A stretch of DNA of 63,872 nt, the filler included, from Octopus bimaculoides (lineage: Eukaryota): assembly GCF_001194135.2 (NCBI RefSeq). It is 5 parts of 5 records of this genome, joined end to end, with 100 filler letters (N's around TTAATTAATTAA, not from the genome) between each part and the next. Parts side by side here need not be neighbours in the genome. Positions count along the whole stretch, not along the records: positions 1 to 30,192 come from NC_068998.1; 4 more parts are not named here. One strand, 5' to 3'. The notes under the pieces are model-generated. The model had not been told where the DNA came from and ran no database searches. It saw only the letters and a list, made by a program, of their open reading frames with translations. Numbering within the stretch: position 1 is the stretch's first letter; each line of letters begins with the position of its first letter. Both the position numbers and the translations under genes were made by a program. This document shows positions 11,681-23,574 of this stretch, piece by piece.

Positions 11681-12972
11681 ATATATATCGGCCACATCAT
11701 TTCTATTGTTGGTGGTCGTTAGCAGGATATATTGATGTTAAAATGACTCCAGAATTATAATGAATATCACAGCATAACATTGATGCCATAGAATGAAGAG
11801 AAGACTAACAAAGCAAATGTTATAAACAGATGAACCAATGCCAGATTATTGGAAATTAAATAGATCACATAACACATATTAAACTGAAATCTGTCGGACG
11901 TTTTGCGTTTTGCGGCATTTCTCTCCCCGTGTGACTATTGCGCACATCATAATTATTTATAGATTTCACGAACAACAAGCTTCTCGGTCATACATTCAGC
12001 CATACAAAAAGCAATGGTAAAAGATATTAATGGATATAATTATTCAGATGATTAGCAAAATAATGTTTTGTTTCTTTTAATCATTAGAACCAGCAAATGG
12101 GTAAATAAAAATATAAACAAATTCAAGATAAACACTCTTGTAGACATTTTAATGAAATATACAGGCACACACATTCTTTTAATTTCTCTTTATTCGATCT
12201 CACTCTCTCTCGCTCTCTCTTTCTCTCTTCATTTGTGTATGTGTGTACACACTCCCGCACACAGATATAGTATACAATATCACACAACATTGCGTCGAAT
12301 TGCCCGTGTANNNNNNNNNNNNNNNNNNNNNNNNNNNNNNNNNNNNNNNNNNNNNNNNNNNNNNNNNNNNNNNNNNNNNNNNNNNNNNNNNNNNNNNNNN
12401 NNNNNNNNNNNNNNNNNNNNNNNNNNNNNNNNNNNNNNNNNNNNNNNNNNNNNNNNNNNNNNNNNNNNNNNNNNNNNNNNNNNNNNNNNNNNNNNNNNNN
12501 NNNNNNNNNNNNNNNNNNNNNNNNNNNNNNNNNNNNNNNNNNNNNNNNNNNNNNNNNNNNNNNNNNNNNNNNNNNNNNNNNNNNNNNNNNNNNNNNNNNN
12601 NNNNNNNNNNNNNNNNNNNNNNNNNNNNNNNNNNNNNNNNNNNNNNNNNNNNNNNNNNNNNNNNNNNNNNNNNNNNNNNNNNNNNNNNNNNNNNNNNNNN
12701 NNNNNNNNNNNNNNNNNNNNNNNNNNNNNNNNNNNNNNNNNNNNNNNNNNNNNNNNNNNNNNNNNNNNNNNNNNNNNNNNNNNNNNNNNNNNNNNNNNNN
12801 NNNNNNNNNNNNNNNNNNNNNNNNNNNNNNNNNNNNNNNNNNNNNNNNNNNNNNNNNNNNNNNNNNNNNNNNNNNNNNNNNNNNNNNNNNNNNNNNNNNN
12901 NNNNNNNNNNNNNNNNNNNNNNNNNNNNNNNNNNNNNNNNNNNNNNNNNNNNNNNNNNNNNNNNNNNNNNNN

Positions 12973-13025
<53 letters not shown>

Positions 13026-13090
13026 ATATATATATATATATGTATATATGTGTATATACAAAGGTATACATATATATATATATATGTAAA

Positions 13091-13124
<34 letters not shown>

Positions 13125-14206
13125 TACATATATATATGTTTGTGTGTAAGTCTTTCTTTTAGGTATATGCCTACATATAGATATGTGTGTATCTATATTA
13201 TTTAGGTATATACATTCCTTAAGAATGTTTTGCAGTTTACCAGTGTTTCATTTTCCTGTAAAACAAGGAAACTTCATAAGACAACCGCCATCGACACCAC
13301 CACCACCACCACCACCATTGCTACGTCCGTCACTACACAAACACAAACATACCAGAGCCCCAAATTATCTCATAAGGGGGTGACCTCAGAAGAGGCCGGG
13401 TGAAAGGTCGAAGGTTGATAGAAATTAGTTTCTATTAGTTTATAGATTTTGATTGTTTATAGACGCAATTGTTTCAGTTATCAAACAACAACAGCAGTAT
13501 TAAATATAGGAATAGTAACATCAAGAATAATAAGAACAATAACAAGAAGAAGAAGTGAAACGAGTAAATATCATTGTGAACCCAAATATCTCTTGTACAA
13601 AATAAAAAAAAAAAGATGCAAATAAATGAATAAATAAATAAAAAGCCAGGGAAAACTCACCGGAATTAGATTAATGTATTTCAACTCCTTTTTTCTAAAC
13701 AATATCAATAAATATAAAGAGAGTGAAAGGGGGAGGAGAAGGGAAGAGAATGCTGATAAAGAAGGAAGAGTGNNNNNNNNNNNNNNNNNNNNNNNNNNNN
13801 NNNNNNNNNNNNNNNNNNNNNNNNNNNNNNNNNNNNNNNNNNNNNNNNNNNNNNNNNNNNNNNNNNNNNNNNNNNNNNNNNNNNNNNNNNNNNNNNNNNN
13901 NNNNNNNNNNNNNNNNNNNNNNNNNNNNNNNNNNNNNNNNNNNNNNNNNNNNNNNNNNNNNNNNNNNNNNNNNNNNNNNNNNNNNNNNNNNNNNNNNNNN
14001 NNNNNNNNNNNNNNNNNNNNNNNNNNNNNNNNNNNNNNNNNNNNNNNNNNNNNNNNNNNNNNNNNNNNNNNNNNNNNNNNNNNNNNNNNNNNNNNNNNNN
14101 NNNNNNNNNNNNNNNNNNNNNNNNNNNNNNNNNNNNNNNNNNNNNNNNNNNNNNNNNNNNNNNNNNNNNNNNNNNNNNNNNNNNNNNNNNNNNNNNNNNN
14201 NNNNNN

Positions 14207-14294
<88 letters not shown>

Positions 14295-14381
14295 CGCTTA
14301 GACACACACTCCCACACACATACATACAGATAGGGGTAATGTGTGTATGTGTGTGTGTGTGTATGTGCGAGAGAGAGAGAG

Positions 14382-14412
<31 letters not shown>

Positions 14413-14535
14413 GACAAAGACAAGGAGACGGAGTGACAGAGAGATATAGAGTAAACACCAATTTTCAGGGAGAGAGACCGTTTGTATCACATAGATACAT
14501 TTCTTCTTTTTTCTTCTTGAAATCTTTCCTTTGAC

Positions 14536-14810
14536 ATAATCATTATTATTATTATTATTATTATTATCATTATTATTATCATTATTATTATTAATTATTA
14601 TTATCATTATCATCATTATTATTATTATTATTTATTATTATTATCATTATTATTATTATTATTATTATTATTAAGCAGCAATTTTATTCAGTGTATTTTT
14701 ATAATCATAACAACAATGATGATAACGATAATGACGATAATAATAATAATAATAATAAAAAAAAAATTAAAAAAAATAATAATAATAATATTAACAATAA
14801 TAACAACGTA
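14536..14810. repeat. (ATT/ATC)n tract followed by complementary (AAT/GAT)n tract
   Basis: Direct reading. Confidence 0.9.
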
Positions 14811-15672
14811 GATGACCATGATTCTGTATTTGTTTGGTGTTTGTTATATGATTGTGCAGAAGTAGCAGGAGCAGCCGTAGCAGCAGCAGCAGTAGAGAAA
14901 CATTTCTCAGCCGGCCATACATCTAATACTTATGATTATTTCATTGCTATCAATCACAATAAGTCACTTAAAAAACTATTAATCAACGTCCACAGAAAGA
15001 CAAAACGTTGGTAAAAACACAGTAAAACCTACCGAAATATGATAACATACAATGTAATGCGTATATATATATATATATATATNNNNNNNNNNNNNNNNNN
15101 NNNNNNNNNNNNNNNNNNNNNNNNNNNNNNNNNNNNNNNNNNNNNNNNNNNNNNNNNNNNNNNNNNNNNNNNNNNNNNNNNNNNNNNNNNNNNNNNNNNN
15201 NNNNNNNNNNNNNNNNNNNNNNNNNNNNNNNNNNNNNNNNNNNNNNNNNNNNNNNNNNNNNNNNNNNNNNNNNNNNNNNNNNNNNNNNNNNNNNNNNNNN
15301 NNNNNNNNNNNNNNNNNNNNNNNNNNNNNNNNNNNNNNNNNNNNNNNNNNNNNNNNNNNNNNNNNNNNNNNNNNNNNNNNNNNNNNNNNNNNNNNNNNNN
15401 NNNNNNNNNNNNNNNNNNNNNNNNNNNNNNNNNNNNNNNNNNNNNNNNNNNNNNNNNNNNNNNNNNNNNNNNNNNNNNNNNNNNNNNNNNNNNNNNNNNN
15501 NNNNNNNNNNNNNNNNNNNNNNNNNNNNNNNNNNNNNNNNNNNNNNNNNNNNNNNNNNNNNNNNNNNNNNNNNNNNNNNNNNNNNNNNNNNNNNNNNNNN
15601 NNNNNNNNNNNNNNNNNNNNNNNNNNNNNNNNNNNNNNNNNNNNNNNNNNNNNNNNNNNNNNNNNNNNNNNN

Positions 15673-15740
<68 letters not shown>

Positions 15741-16044
15741 CTACGTTGTATGAGGAAAAAAAAATCTTGTCAAAACCATACAAGCAAAAAATAAACCTGG
15801 AAAATAAATGTCGCAGTAAAGATGGAAACGATTTCGTGGTAGTAGTGGTAGGAGAGTTAACGCCATGAGTCGAGGTAAGAGTAGGTGACAGGGCGAGAGA
15901 ATGAGTGAGTGAGAAAGGTAGAGCGAGAGAGGGATAGGCAGACAGAAGACAAAGGTGGAAGTTGAGTATGTGTTATGTGTGCGTGTATATGAAAGTGAAG
16001 GAGGGAGGGAGGGGGCGTATGAGATCGGCGTAAACGAAGCTAAT

Positions 16045-16082
<38 letters not shown>

Positions 16083-16084
16083 CT

Positions 16085-16335
16085 TTTTATTTGATTCAGT
16101 AGTCGGGCTGTCGCGACCATGCTGGGACTTCGTCTATAGGGGTTTAGTTGAAAAAGTGACCACGGTATACTACGGTGCAAACGAACCAACACCGGTTGTC
16201 AAACGGAGGCGGTTGGGGACAGAGATGGTACAATGACACTCATCAAGCTGTCTGTGTGTATGTGTATATGTATGCGACGGGCTTCCGTACAGTTTCCATC
16301 CATCAAATACTCTCACAAGGCTGTACCGGTGCTAT
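16085..16335 (-). mobile_element. Old, diverged family A-like SINE
   Basis: GACCATGCTGGG, ACACCGGTTGTCAA, CGACGGGCTTCC and CTCACAAGGC motifs in family A order. Confidence 0.6.
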
Positions 16336-16489
16336 AATTGGAAAATAAATGGAAAAATTGAATAAAATATTAACTGATGATGAGAATGGTCTCCCGGCTG
16401 ATTATAAACCTGGTACACGCAACTGAGGTGTTATTCAGTTTAAATGACTAATACTGCTTCATTTCCGTTTACCAGATTCTACATTACAA

Positions 16490-16660
16490 ATATATACGAC
16501 GGGCTTCTTTCTGTTTCCGTCTACCAAATCCACTCACAAGGCTTTGGTCGGCCCGAGGCTATAATAGAAGACACTTGCCCAAGGTGCCACGCAGTGAGAC
16601 TGAATCCGGAACCATGTGGTTCGTAAGCAAGCTACTTACCACACAGCCACTCCTACGCCT
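16490..16660 (-). mobile_element. SINE family A, 5' half
   Basis: CGACGGGCTTCTTTC...GACACTTGCCCAAGGTGCCACGCAGTG...CTACTTACCACACAGCCACTCCT. Confidence 0.9.
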
Positions 16661-16786
16661 ATTTGAAAACTATTGCAACAGATTTCAAAATGTTTTCATC
16701 CAAATTCGAACTATCAGACTTGTTCTAAGTGTGACTCGGTGTTCTTTTTCTGTCGTCTTTCATAGACGCTGCACACATTATATGGC

Positions 16787-16985
16787 AACACGATTCATAC
16801 AGTTCTATATTTAAGAGATGAGGAATTATGTACACTATTTACATTTGACGGATATTTGTCCTCATCTTGTTTGTTCTTAACACAACGCTTCGGCTGATAT
16901 ATCCTCCAGTCTTCATCAGGTGTCTTGGGGGAAATTTCGAACCTGGGTTCTCATTCCTAAGGAAATTTTCGATTTCATTATCATC
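16787..16985 (-). mobile_element. Short non-coding repeat module resembling a Penelope pseudo-LTR, carrying a hammerhead motif
   Basis: Contains the hammerhead fold at 16879-16924 and a 9-bp inverted repeat AGATGAGGA (16816-16824) / TCCTCATCT (16859-16867); no ORF. Confidence 0.55.
16879..16924 (-). ncRNA. Minimal type I hammerhead ribozyme, degenerate copy (probably inactive)
   Basis: Minus strand: GACAC-CUGAUGA-A-GACUG-GAGGAUAUAU-CAGCC-GAAGC-GUU-GUGUU. Stem I GACAC/GUGUU; core CUGAUGA; stem II GACUG/CAGCC (1 mismatch); GAAGC in place of GAAAC; GUU cleavage triplet. Confidence 0.65.
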
Positions 16986-17147
16986 TCCACCCCACCAACT
17001 TTGAGCAGACCTCTGAGCAGGTATCGCCATGACAACTTTCTCTGTCATGGTCGCTGCGACGATCACACGCTACACATCCTCCTTCCAAGCACTGCTGTAA
17101 ACTGCGAAAGTGAGCTAGAACGCTAAAACTTAGTGCGCATGCACAGT

Positions 17148-17395
17148 AGAAGCCCGTCGTATATATGTACATATATATGTGTGTGTTTGTGTGTCTGTGT
17201 TTGTCCCCCCAACATCGCTTGACAACCGATACTGGTGTGTTTACATCCCCGTAACTTAGCGGTTCAGCAAAAGAGGCTGATAGAATAAGTGCTAGGCTTC
17301 CAAAGAATAAGTCCTGGGGTTGATTTGCTCGACTAAAAGCAGTGCTCCAGCATGGCCGCTGTCAAATGACTGAAACAAGTAAAAGAGTAAAAGAG
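17148..17395 (+). mobile_element. SINE family A, 3' half
   Basis: AGAAGCCCGTCGTATATAT...CAACATCGCTTGACAACCGAT...AAATGACTGAAACAAGTAAAAGAGTAAAAGAG. Confidence 0.9.
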
Positions 17396-18849
17396 TATCC
17401 GTATATGCATACATGTATATATATATGTGTGTGTGCGTGCGTGTGTGAGCGTTTGTGTGTGCGTGTGTGAGCGTTGTGTGTGTGCGTATACGTATGTATA
17501 TGTGATTTTGTCATGTGTTTTAATTGTATACGCCTAAATATAAAATTGAACAGAAATGTGTTATATTCCTGTGTTATATATATACATATATATGTATGTA
17601 TGTATGTCCATGTGTGTGTATGTGTGTGCGTATACAAGGGCGTACGGATGTATGTATATGTATATGTGTATACACACACACATACAGCACTATATTATAA
17701 TACAATTTATGTTCAATGTGAATATCCTGATTATCACACAAAAAACTCCGCCTCTATTTTGCTTCTCTCTCTCCTTCACTCTCTCACTCTCTCTGTCCCT
17801 CCCTCTGCCCACTTCTCACTCTTTCCCCTCCTCCCTCTCCCCTCCTCCCTCTCCCTGCCTCCCGCTTCCTTCCTCCCTCTTTCCTCCCACCACAACCCAA
17901 CATCTTCATATTTATTCCTCGTAAAAACAAACCATAAATCTTCGTCTTCTCTTTCGTATTTACTGTTTCATTGTGTTGCTGTATCAAAGACGTTATGATT
18001 GGGTATTAATCATCCCATCCATCCTGGCCCATCCCCACTTAGAGCCACATAGTTTGTGACAGTTCAAACATAGCACGCACACGCACACAATGATATACAC
18101 ATACACATCTACATACACATATCCACAAATCTACACACACACACACACACACACACATACACACACAACACACGTAACATACACACACACACACGTCGAC
18201 ACTTATACAGGAATACGTGGACCCATACAGAAAGGAACACATACACTCATACACACAGACATGCACCCATGTGCACACATATACACACACGCACTCACAC
18301 ATAGTAGCACACACACTCACATCCGCACACACACACGCATTCACACACATAGCCACACACGCACTCACACACACTCATACACACTCTCACATATACACAC
18401 TTATATACACTCATACACATACTCACACATACACATACACATTCACTGATAGACACAATCACATATTCACACACACACACATACACACAAACGCATTAAC
18501 ATACACATATATACACATACTTCTCTCAGTTTCCTTCTCTTACTACATTGACGTATTTCGTTTTCCTTCTTCCTCCATCCGTAACCATCCACTCTTAACT
18601 TCTCGTGCTGTTTTGGGGGACATTTTACCAACTCAGTGGTACATAAATACACACATCAACACACATCAACACACATCCACAGGCCTTCTGATTTAGGTAC
18701 TCCATTGCTCTTCAGCCCACTGGACACGAAGCTTCCTGCGCCAGGTTCAATCGGTTGCTACATTTGCGCGTCCATTCCACATAATGTTGACAATCTTCGG
18801 TTTTATCAGGAAGCGTGTTTTACATAAAGCTCCGAGGCCACCAAATGGC

Positions 18850-19053
18850 TTGCAGCGAGCTGGCAGAATCGTTAACACACCGGGCGAAATTCTTAGCGGT
18901 ATTTCGTCTGCCGCTACGTTCTGAGTTCAAATTCCGCCGAGGTCGACTTTGCCTTTCATCCTTTCGGGGTCGATTAAATAAGTACCAGTTATGCACTGAG
19001 GTAGATGTAATCGATTTTATCCCTTTGTCTGTCCTTGTTTGTCCTCTCTATGG
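18850..19053 (+). mobile_element. tRNA-derived SINE, family B (Meta/MESC-like central domain), near full length
   Basis: GCGAGCTGGCAGAATCGTTA head, GAGTTCAAATTCC B-box-like, central GCCTTTCATCCTTTCGGGGTCGATTAAATAAGTACCAG; domain name is from recall. Confidence 0.85.
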
Positions 19054-19140
19054 GTCCAATCCCACTGCGTGGCACCTAGGGTAAGCGTCTTCTAATATAG
19101 CCTCGGGCCGACCAAAACCTTGTGAGTGGATTTGTTAACG
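19054..19140 (+). mobile_element. SINE family A, internal fragment
   Basis: TCCCACTGCGTGGCACC...TATAGCCTCGGGCCGACCAAAACCTTGTGAGTGG. Confidence 0.85.
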
Positions 19141-19300
19141 GCCTTCTTTCAGTTTCCGTCAACCAAAACCACTCACAAAGGCTTTGGTAGGTCCGAGGCT
19201 ATAGTAGAAGACACTTGCCCAAGGTGTCACGCAGTGGGACTGAACCCAGAACCATGTGGCTGGGTAGCAAGCTTCTTACCACACAACCACTCCTACACCT
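19141..19300 (-). mobile_element. SINE family A, 5' half, inverted relative to 19054-19140
   Basis: CAGTTTCCGTC...GACACTTGCCCAAGGTGTCACGCAGTGGGACTGAACCC...CTTACCACACAACCACTCCT. Confidence 0.9.
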
Positions 19301-19634
19301 AATATCATATAATATATNNNNNNNNNNNNNNNNNNNNNNNNNNNNNNNNNNNNNNNNNNNNNNNNNNNNNNNNNNNNNNNNNNNNNNNNNNNNNNNNNNN
19401 NNNNNNNNNNNNNNNNNNNNNNNNNNNNNNNNNNNNNNNNNNNNNNNNNNNNNNNNNNNNNNNNNNNNNNNNNNNNNNNNNNNNNNNNNNNNNNNNNNNN
19501 NNNNNNNNNNNNNNNNNNNNNNNNNNNNNNNNNNNNNNNNNNNNNNNNNNNNNNNNNNNNNNNNNNNNNNNNNNNNNNNNNNNNNNNNNNNNNNNNNNNN
19601 NNNNNNNNNNNNNNNNNNNNNNNNNNNNNNNNNN

Positions 19635-19669
<35 letters not shown>

Positions 19670-20264
19670 AACATACGTACATACGTGCACTATACGCAAA
19701 GGCACACATGTGTCCCATCATTACCATATGTAATTCCATATATTTTCGGAATATTTGTCTTCCTCCCTGGTGTAATTCGATGTTTCTTTTCTAAATGTTG
19801 TACTAGCTGCTATTATTGTGTTTTTTTTGTTGTAGTTGTCATTTTCATTATTGTTGTTGTTATTATTGTCTTTGGTGTTTCATTATACTATCTCCCCACC
19901 CCCTCTCATCCACCACCACCACCACATGCCGCCCCAGCTTCCTCTATCTGTTACAGTTATTTACTTTGTCAGTCATGCAGATGTCATATTAACAAGAACT
20001 AGATACGTTTCTACACTAACACAGTAACAGCATCGGCAACACCACTACAACCAATACTACAACAAACACAATGACTATACCACTAGAAACAACATCCAGA
20101 ACAATATCCTCACCATAGAAGTTTCACCGCTACTGCTACAACACCAATCCAACACCACTCACCAAGACCATCACCATCACCATCACCAAAGCGACCATAC
20201 CTCTGTTTCGCCCAAAACGGCCCATATATATATATATATATATATATATCTATATATATATATA

Positions 20265-20326
20265 TTATAAAGGATCGTGGGTAAGGGCAGAACAATGCGA
20301 AGTAAATGCAAGGCAATTCACAAGAA
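20265..20326 (+). mobile_element. Solo terminal arm of the (TA)n-associated MITE family
   Basis: GGATCGTGGGTAAGGGCAGAACAATGCGAAGTAAATGCAAGGCAATTCACAA directly follows (TA)n and matches both arms at 30391-30582. Confidence 0.7.
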
Positions 20327-20329
20327 AAC

Positions 20330-20430
20330 TTTTTGGGGTCCATGAAATAAGTACCAGTTAAGTGCTGGGGTCGATGCAATTGACTAGTCCCCTCCCGCCA
20401 AATTTCGGGTTTTGTGCCTGTAGTAGAAAT
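20330..20430 (+). mobile_element. SINE family B, 3' portion
   Basis: AAATAAGTACCAG...CTGGGGTCGATGCAATTGACT...TTGTGCC. Confidence 0.75.
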
Positions 20431-20838
20431 GATGATTATTATTATTGAGTGAGAGAGCAATACATGCCATCAAAGTGAGATTGGGTGTACAAATATACGA
20501 AGCCCATTATACCCATCATGAATACCCGTCCGATAAGGGTACACCAAGCACATGCATCACAAACATACGTGGGTGACATGGTGATCTTATATCGAGATAA
20601 ACAGTGCATGAACTTGCATGTGGGGCTCAGTTAGAATTTCCTTCAGGCTGAGAAGCCCATCTCGCTCAAAAGGTCCCTGAATAAGGTTTGTTTAAGGATG
20701 CTGCACGAATCACCCATGTTTCCAGAGGTGAATCATCCAAACCCCAAATAATTCCTTTGAACACATGGCTATGATGCTCCCCCACTGCTTCTGCTCGTGA
20801 TCAGAGATGCACATATCGTCAGCCACTAAGGGACATGA
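20431..20838 (-). mobile_element. Interspersed repeat (family D), 3' portion ending in (AAT)n
   Basis: CACATGGCTATGATGCTCCC...CAGAGATGCACATATCGTCAGCCACTAAGGGACATG recurs at 56415-56490; (AAT)n tail on the minus strand; no coding match. Confidence 0.6.
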
Positions 20839-21222
20839 CTGGTTAAACTCCCAAGCTAACCTGTCATATATATCGACTTTTCTTTCTTCCTTATTGCATA
20901 CCTTGTTGTCAGCTGGGCATGCTATATCTATGATCCAGCATCGTTTGCTTTCTTTCTCAATTAACACTATGCTTGGTTTCCTATTCTCTATCTCACGGTC
21001 GAACTGAATCATAAAATCATACAAGACCTTTGCATTATCATTTTCGATGATGCCTTCGGGTTTATGTTCGTACCACATTTTTGCTCTGTCAAGCGCATAC
21101 TTGTTGCAAAGTGTCCAATGGACAGTCCTTTTTATATTGTCATGACGTCTCTTTCATTTTTTCTGGGCTAATGGCGTACATTGACTGGTAATATGCCATA
21201 CGGTTTCACTATATTGTCTACA
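20839..21222 (-). mobile_element. R4/Dong-clade non-LTR retrotransposon fragment (zinc knuckle plus restriction-like endonuclease)
   Basis: Minus frame CRQYSETVWHITSQCTPLAQKK*KRRHDNIKRTVHW...WYEHKPEGIIENDNAKVLYDF...ENRKPSIVLIEK...IIDIACPAD...YDRLAWE; one stop; 5' end abuts (AAT)n. Confidence 0.85.
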
Positions 21223-21383
21223 TTATTATTATTATTATTATTATTATTACATCAAGATTTCGCTTTCTTAAACCAAGAATTCCATACTTCGTGAGAATAT
21301 GCCCTGGAACAATATTCATACGAGAGACGTAAATGTGTTTACATTTTGTAATCGCATATGATAGCAGAGTGGCAGAACATTAT

Positions 21384-21463
<80 letters not shown>

Positions 21464-21562
21464 TGTATGCATACATACATGTATATTCGGGTGTATATGA
21501 TATACATATGTACATATCTGTGAATGACATTACATATTTTTATATACCTATATGCTAGTATG

Positions 21563-21599
<37 letters not shown>

Positions 21600-21602
21600 T
21601 GG

Positions 21603-21638
<36 letters not shown>

Positions 21639-22249
21639 CATCCATATGCTCTATATGTATGAATACACACATGCAGGCGTAGTAATACACTATACATTAT
21701 CAAACACCATTGTACAATGGCTGCCAGTGATAGAGAGGGGGTAGAGAGAGAGAGAAAGGGGCAAAGACAGAAAGAGAGGAAGACATATGGTTGATATCAG
21801 GTTAAAGTCTGTTATAAGTGTTATAATATTGCGATAAAGTTTCACCAGTAAATTTATAATGACAGTGGAATAGGTTTTTTATTGTGGGGACGTGGCGATA
21901 TCTCTTTGCAAGTTTTAACACCAGAAAGATTGCATGTCACCTTGTTTTAAATGCAATATGGTTCATTTAAGAAGTTTTTACATCTGCATAGCACATACAA
22001 CCCTTTCTAACGATCACACACACACACACACACACGCACATGCGCGCACACGGATGTTCGCCTATTTGTCCAGCTCTCTACCCCTACCCGTATAGGTAGG
22101 GGTCTAGAGCACCATATACGTATGGATTTTCATGAATACTCATTCGCAGACACTCGCAGCCGCATACATAATCACATATATACACATATACATAGACATG
22201 TATTAATATACATGTACACATATGTGATTAAGTTCACGTATGTATAAAT

Positions 22250-22292
<43 letters not shown>

Positions 22293-22417
22293 CACACAGC
22301 AGATGTTCACTTCTGAGTTTCGTACATCATACATATGAAGTATGTATGATGTCATTGCAATGAGATGACAAAACTCTCTGTGTAGAGGCGCTTAAAAGCT
22401 AAGTACACACACGTATA

Positions 22418-22650
22418 CAGGTTTGGCCAAAAGTCACCTGACGGAAAACGAAAACTACTTAATTCCAAGATTTATTTATGTTTAACAAATGAATGAATTT
22501 AATAAAAGCATCTAAATATGAAACATCACGAAAATTGTTTAAACTTAAATCCTTCTTCAGCGACATATTTTTCCATTCGAGTCAATACAGACTTACAGAT
22601 AGTATTTAAGGAAGTTTGATTTAGTGTCGGGTGACTTTTGACCAACTCTG
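22418..22650. mobile_element. Tc1/mariner-type MITE, 233 bp
   Basis: 24-bp TIRs CAGGTTTGGCCAAAAGTCACCTGA and (rc) CAGAGTTGGTCAAAAGTCACCCGA with 4 mismatches; TA on both flanks. Confidence 0.85.
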
Positions 22651-22980
22651 TATATAGGTAAATATATAAATACTTTCCGTACGCATTTTGAAAAACAAAT
22701 ATTTTTCTTCTAAATGAATTCTAAACAATGGTGGGATCAGAATTTCTAATTTTAAATGGAATGGTAGCAGGGAAGATACACACTATATTTAATATTTTAC
22801 TAGTTTCATTCATTAGACTGAGGCCATACTGGGGTAAATATTTTTTATCCTCATGACAAATATTGTAAATGTTTCATTGTTGATTCATAGGTTGCCATGT
22901 ATATCACCATTTCACATTTCATCCTTTTTTGAAATCACGCAGCCCAATCAATGAAAAAAAGTAAATGACTATGTGTATGC

Positions 22981-23047
<67 letters not shown>

Positions 23048-23574
23048 CGGGGTGGGGGTATATACGTTATGCAGTCAACGACCTCAAGTTACTCTCAGCT
23101 CCAAACCTCATTAACCCACATCCATTCCATTCCGATAGGAAGTTCACATCACATCTTTCCGCCGTCTCGCACCGTCTCTAACATGTAACATTATATCAAT
23201 AATTAAACAGTCACATGACACAATATTTCTAATTTCTTCCTTAAACACTGACCTTCACCACATCTTCCTTCAATGGATGCTCTCTATAACAATCTGTTAA
23301 TGTTTTTAACTACTTCATGGCACACTCTTTATTTCAGTTTAGGAAGGACTGGGACTTGTTTATCTCTATTTCAGACGAGCTGCGCCCTCAGAAATGATAC
23401 TATTTATAACTCATTCCCCCCAAACGTTTTGTACCTCTGAGTACATGATTAATTAAATCCTCTTAATTCTTCGGTCTGGTGAATTTACAAACTCTAAGGT
23501 TCATCGTTATGAATATTGATGTTTTAATACGGGTTAACTATGGGTTCGAAGGAGTGGGTAGAAAGGAACTCGGA

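Noticed and set aside
16370-16470. Segment recalling a Penelope pseudo-LTR, with CTGATGA at about 16374
   Set aside because: No stem II or GAAA follows; the resemblance is from memory only.
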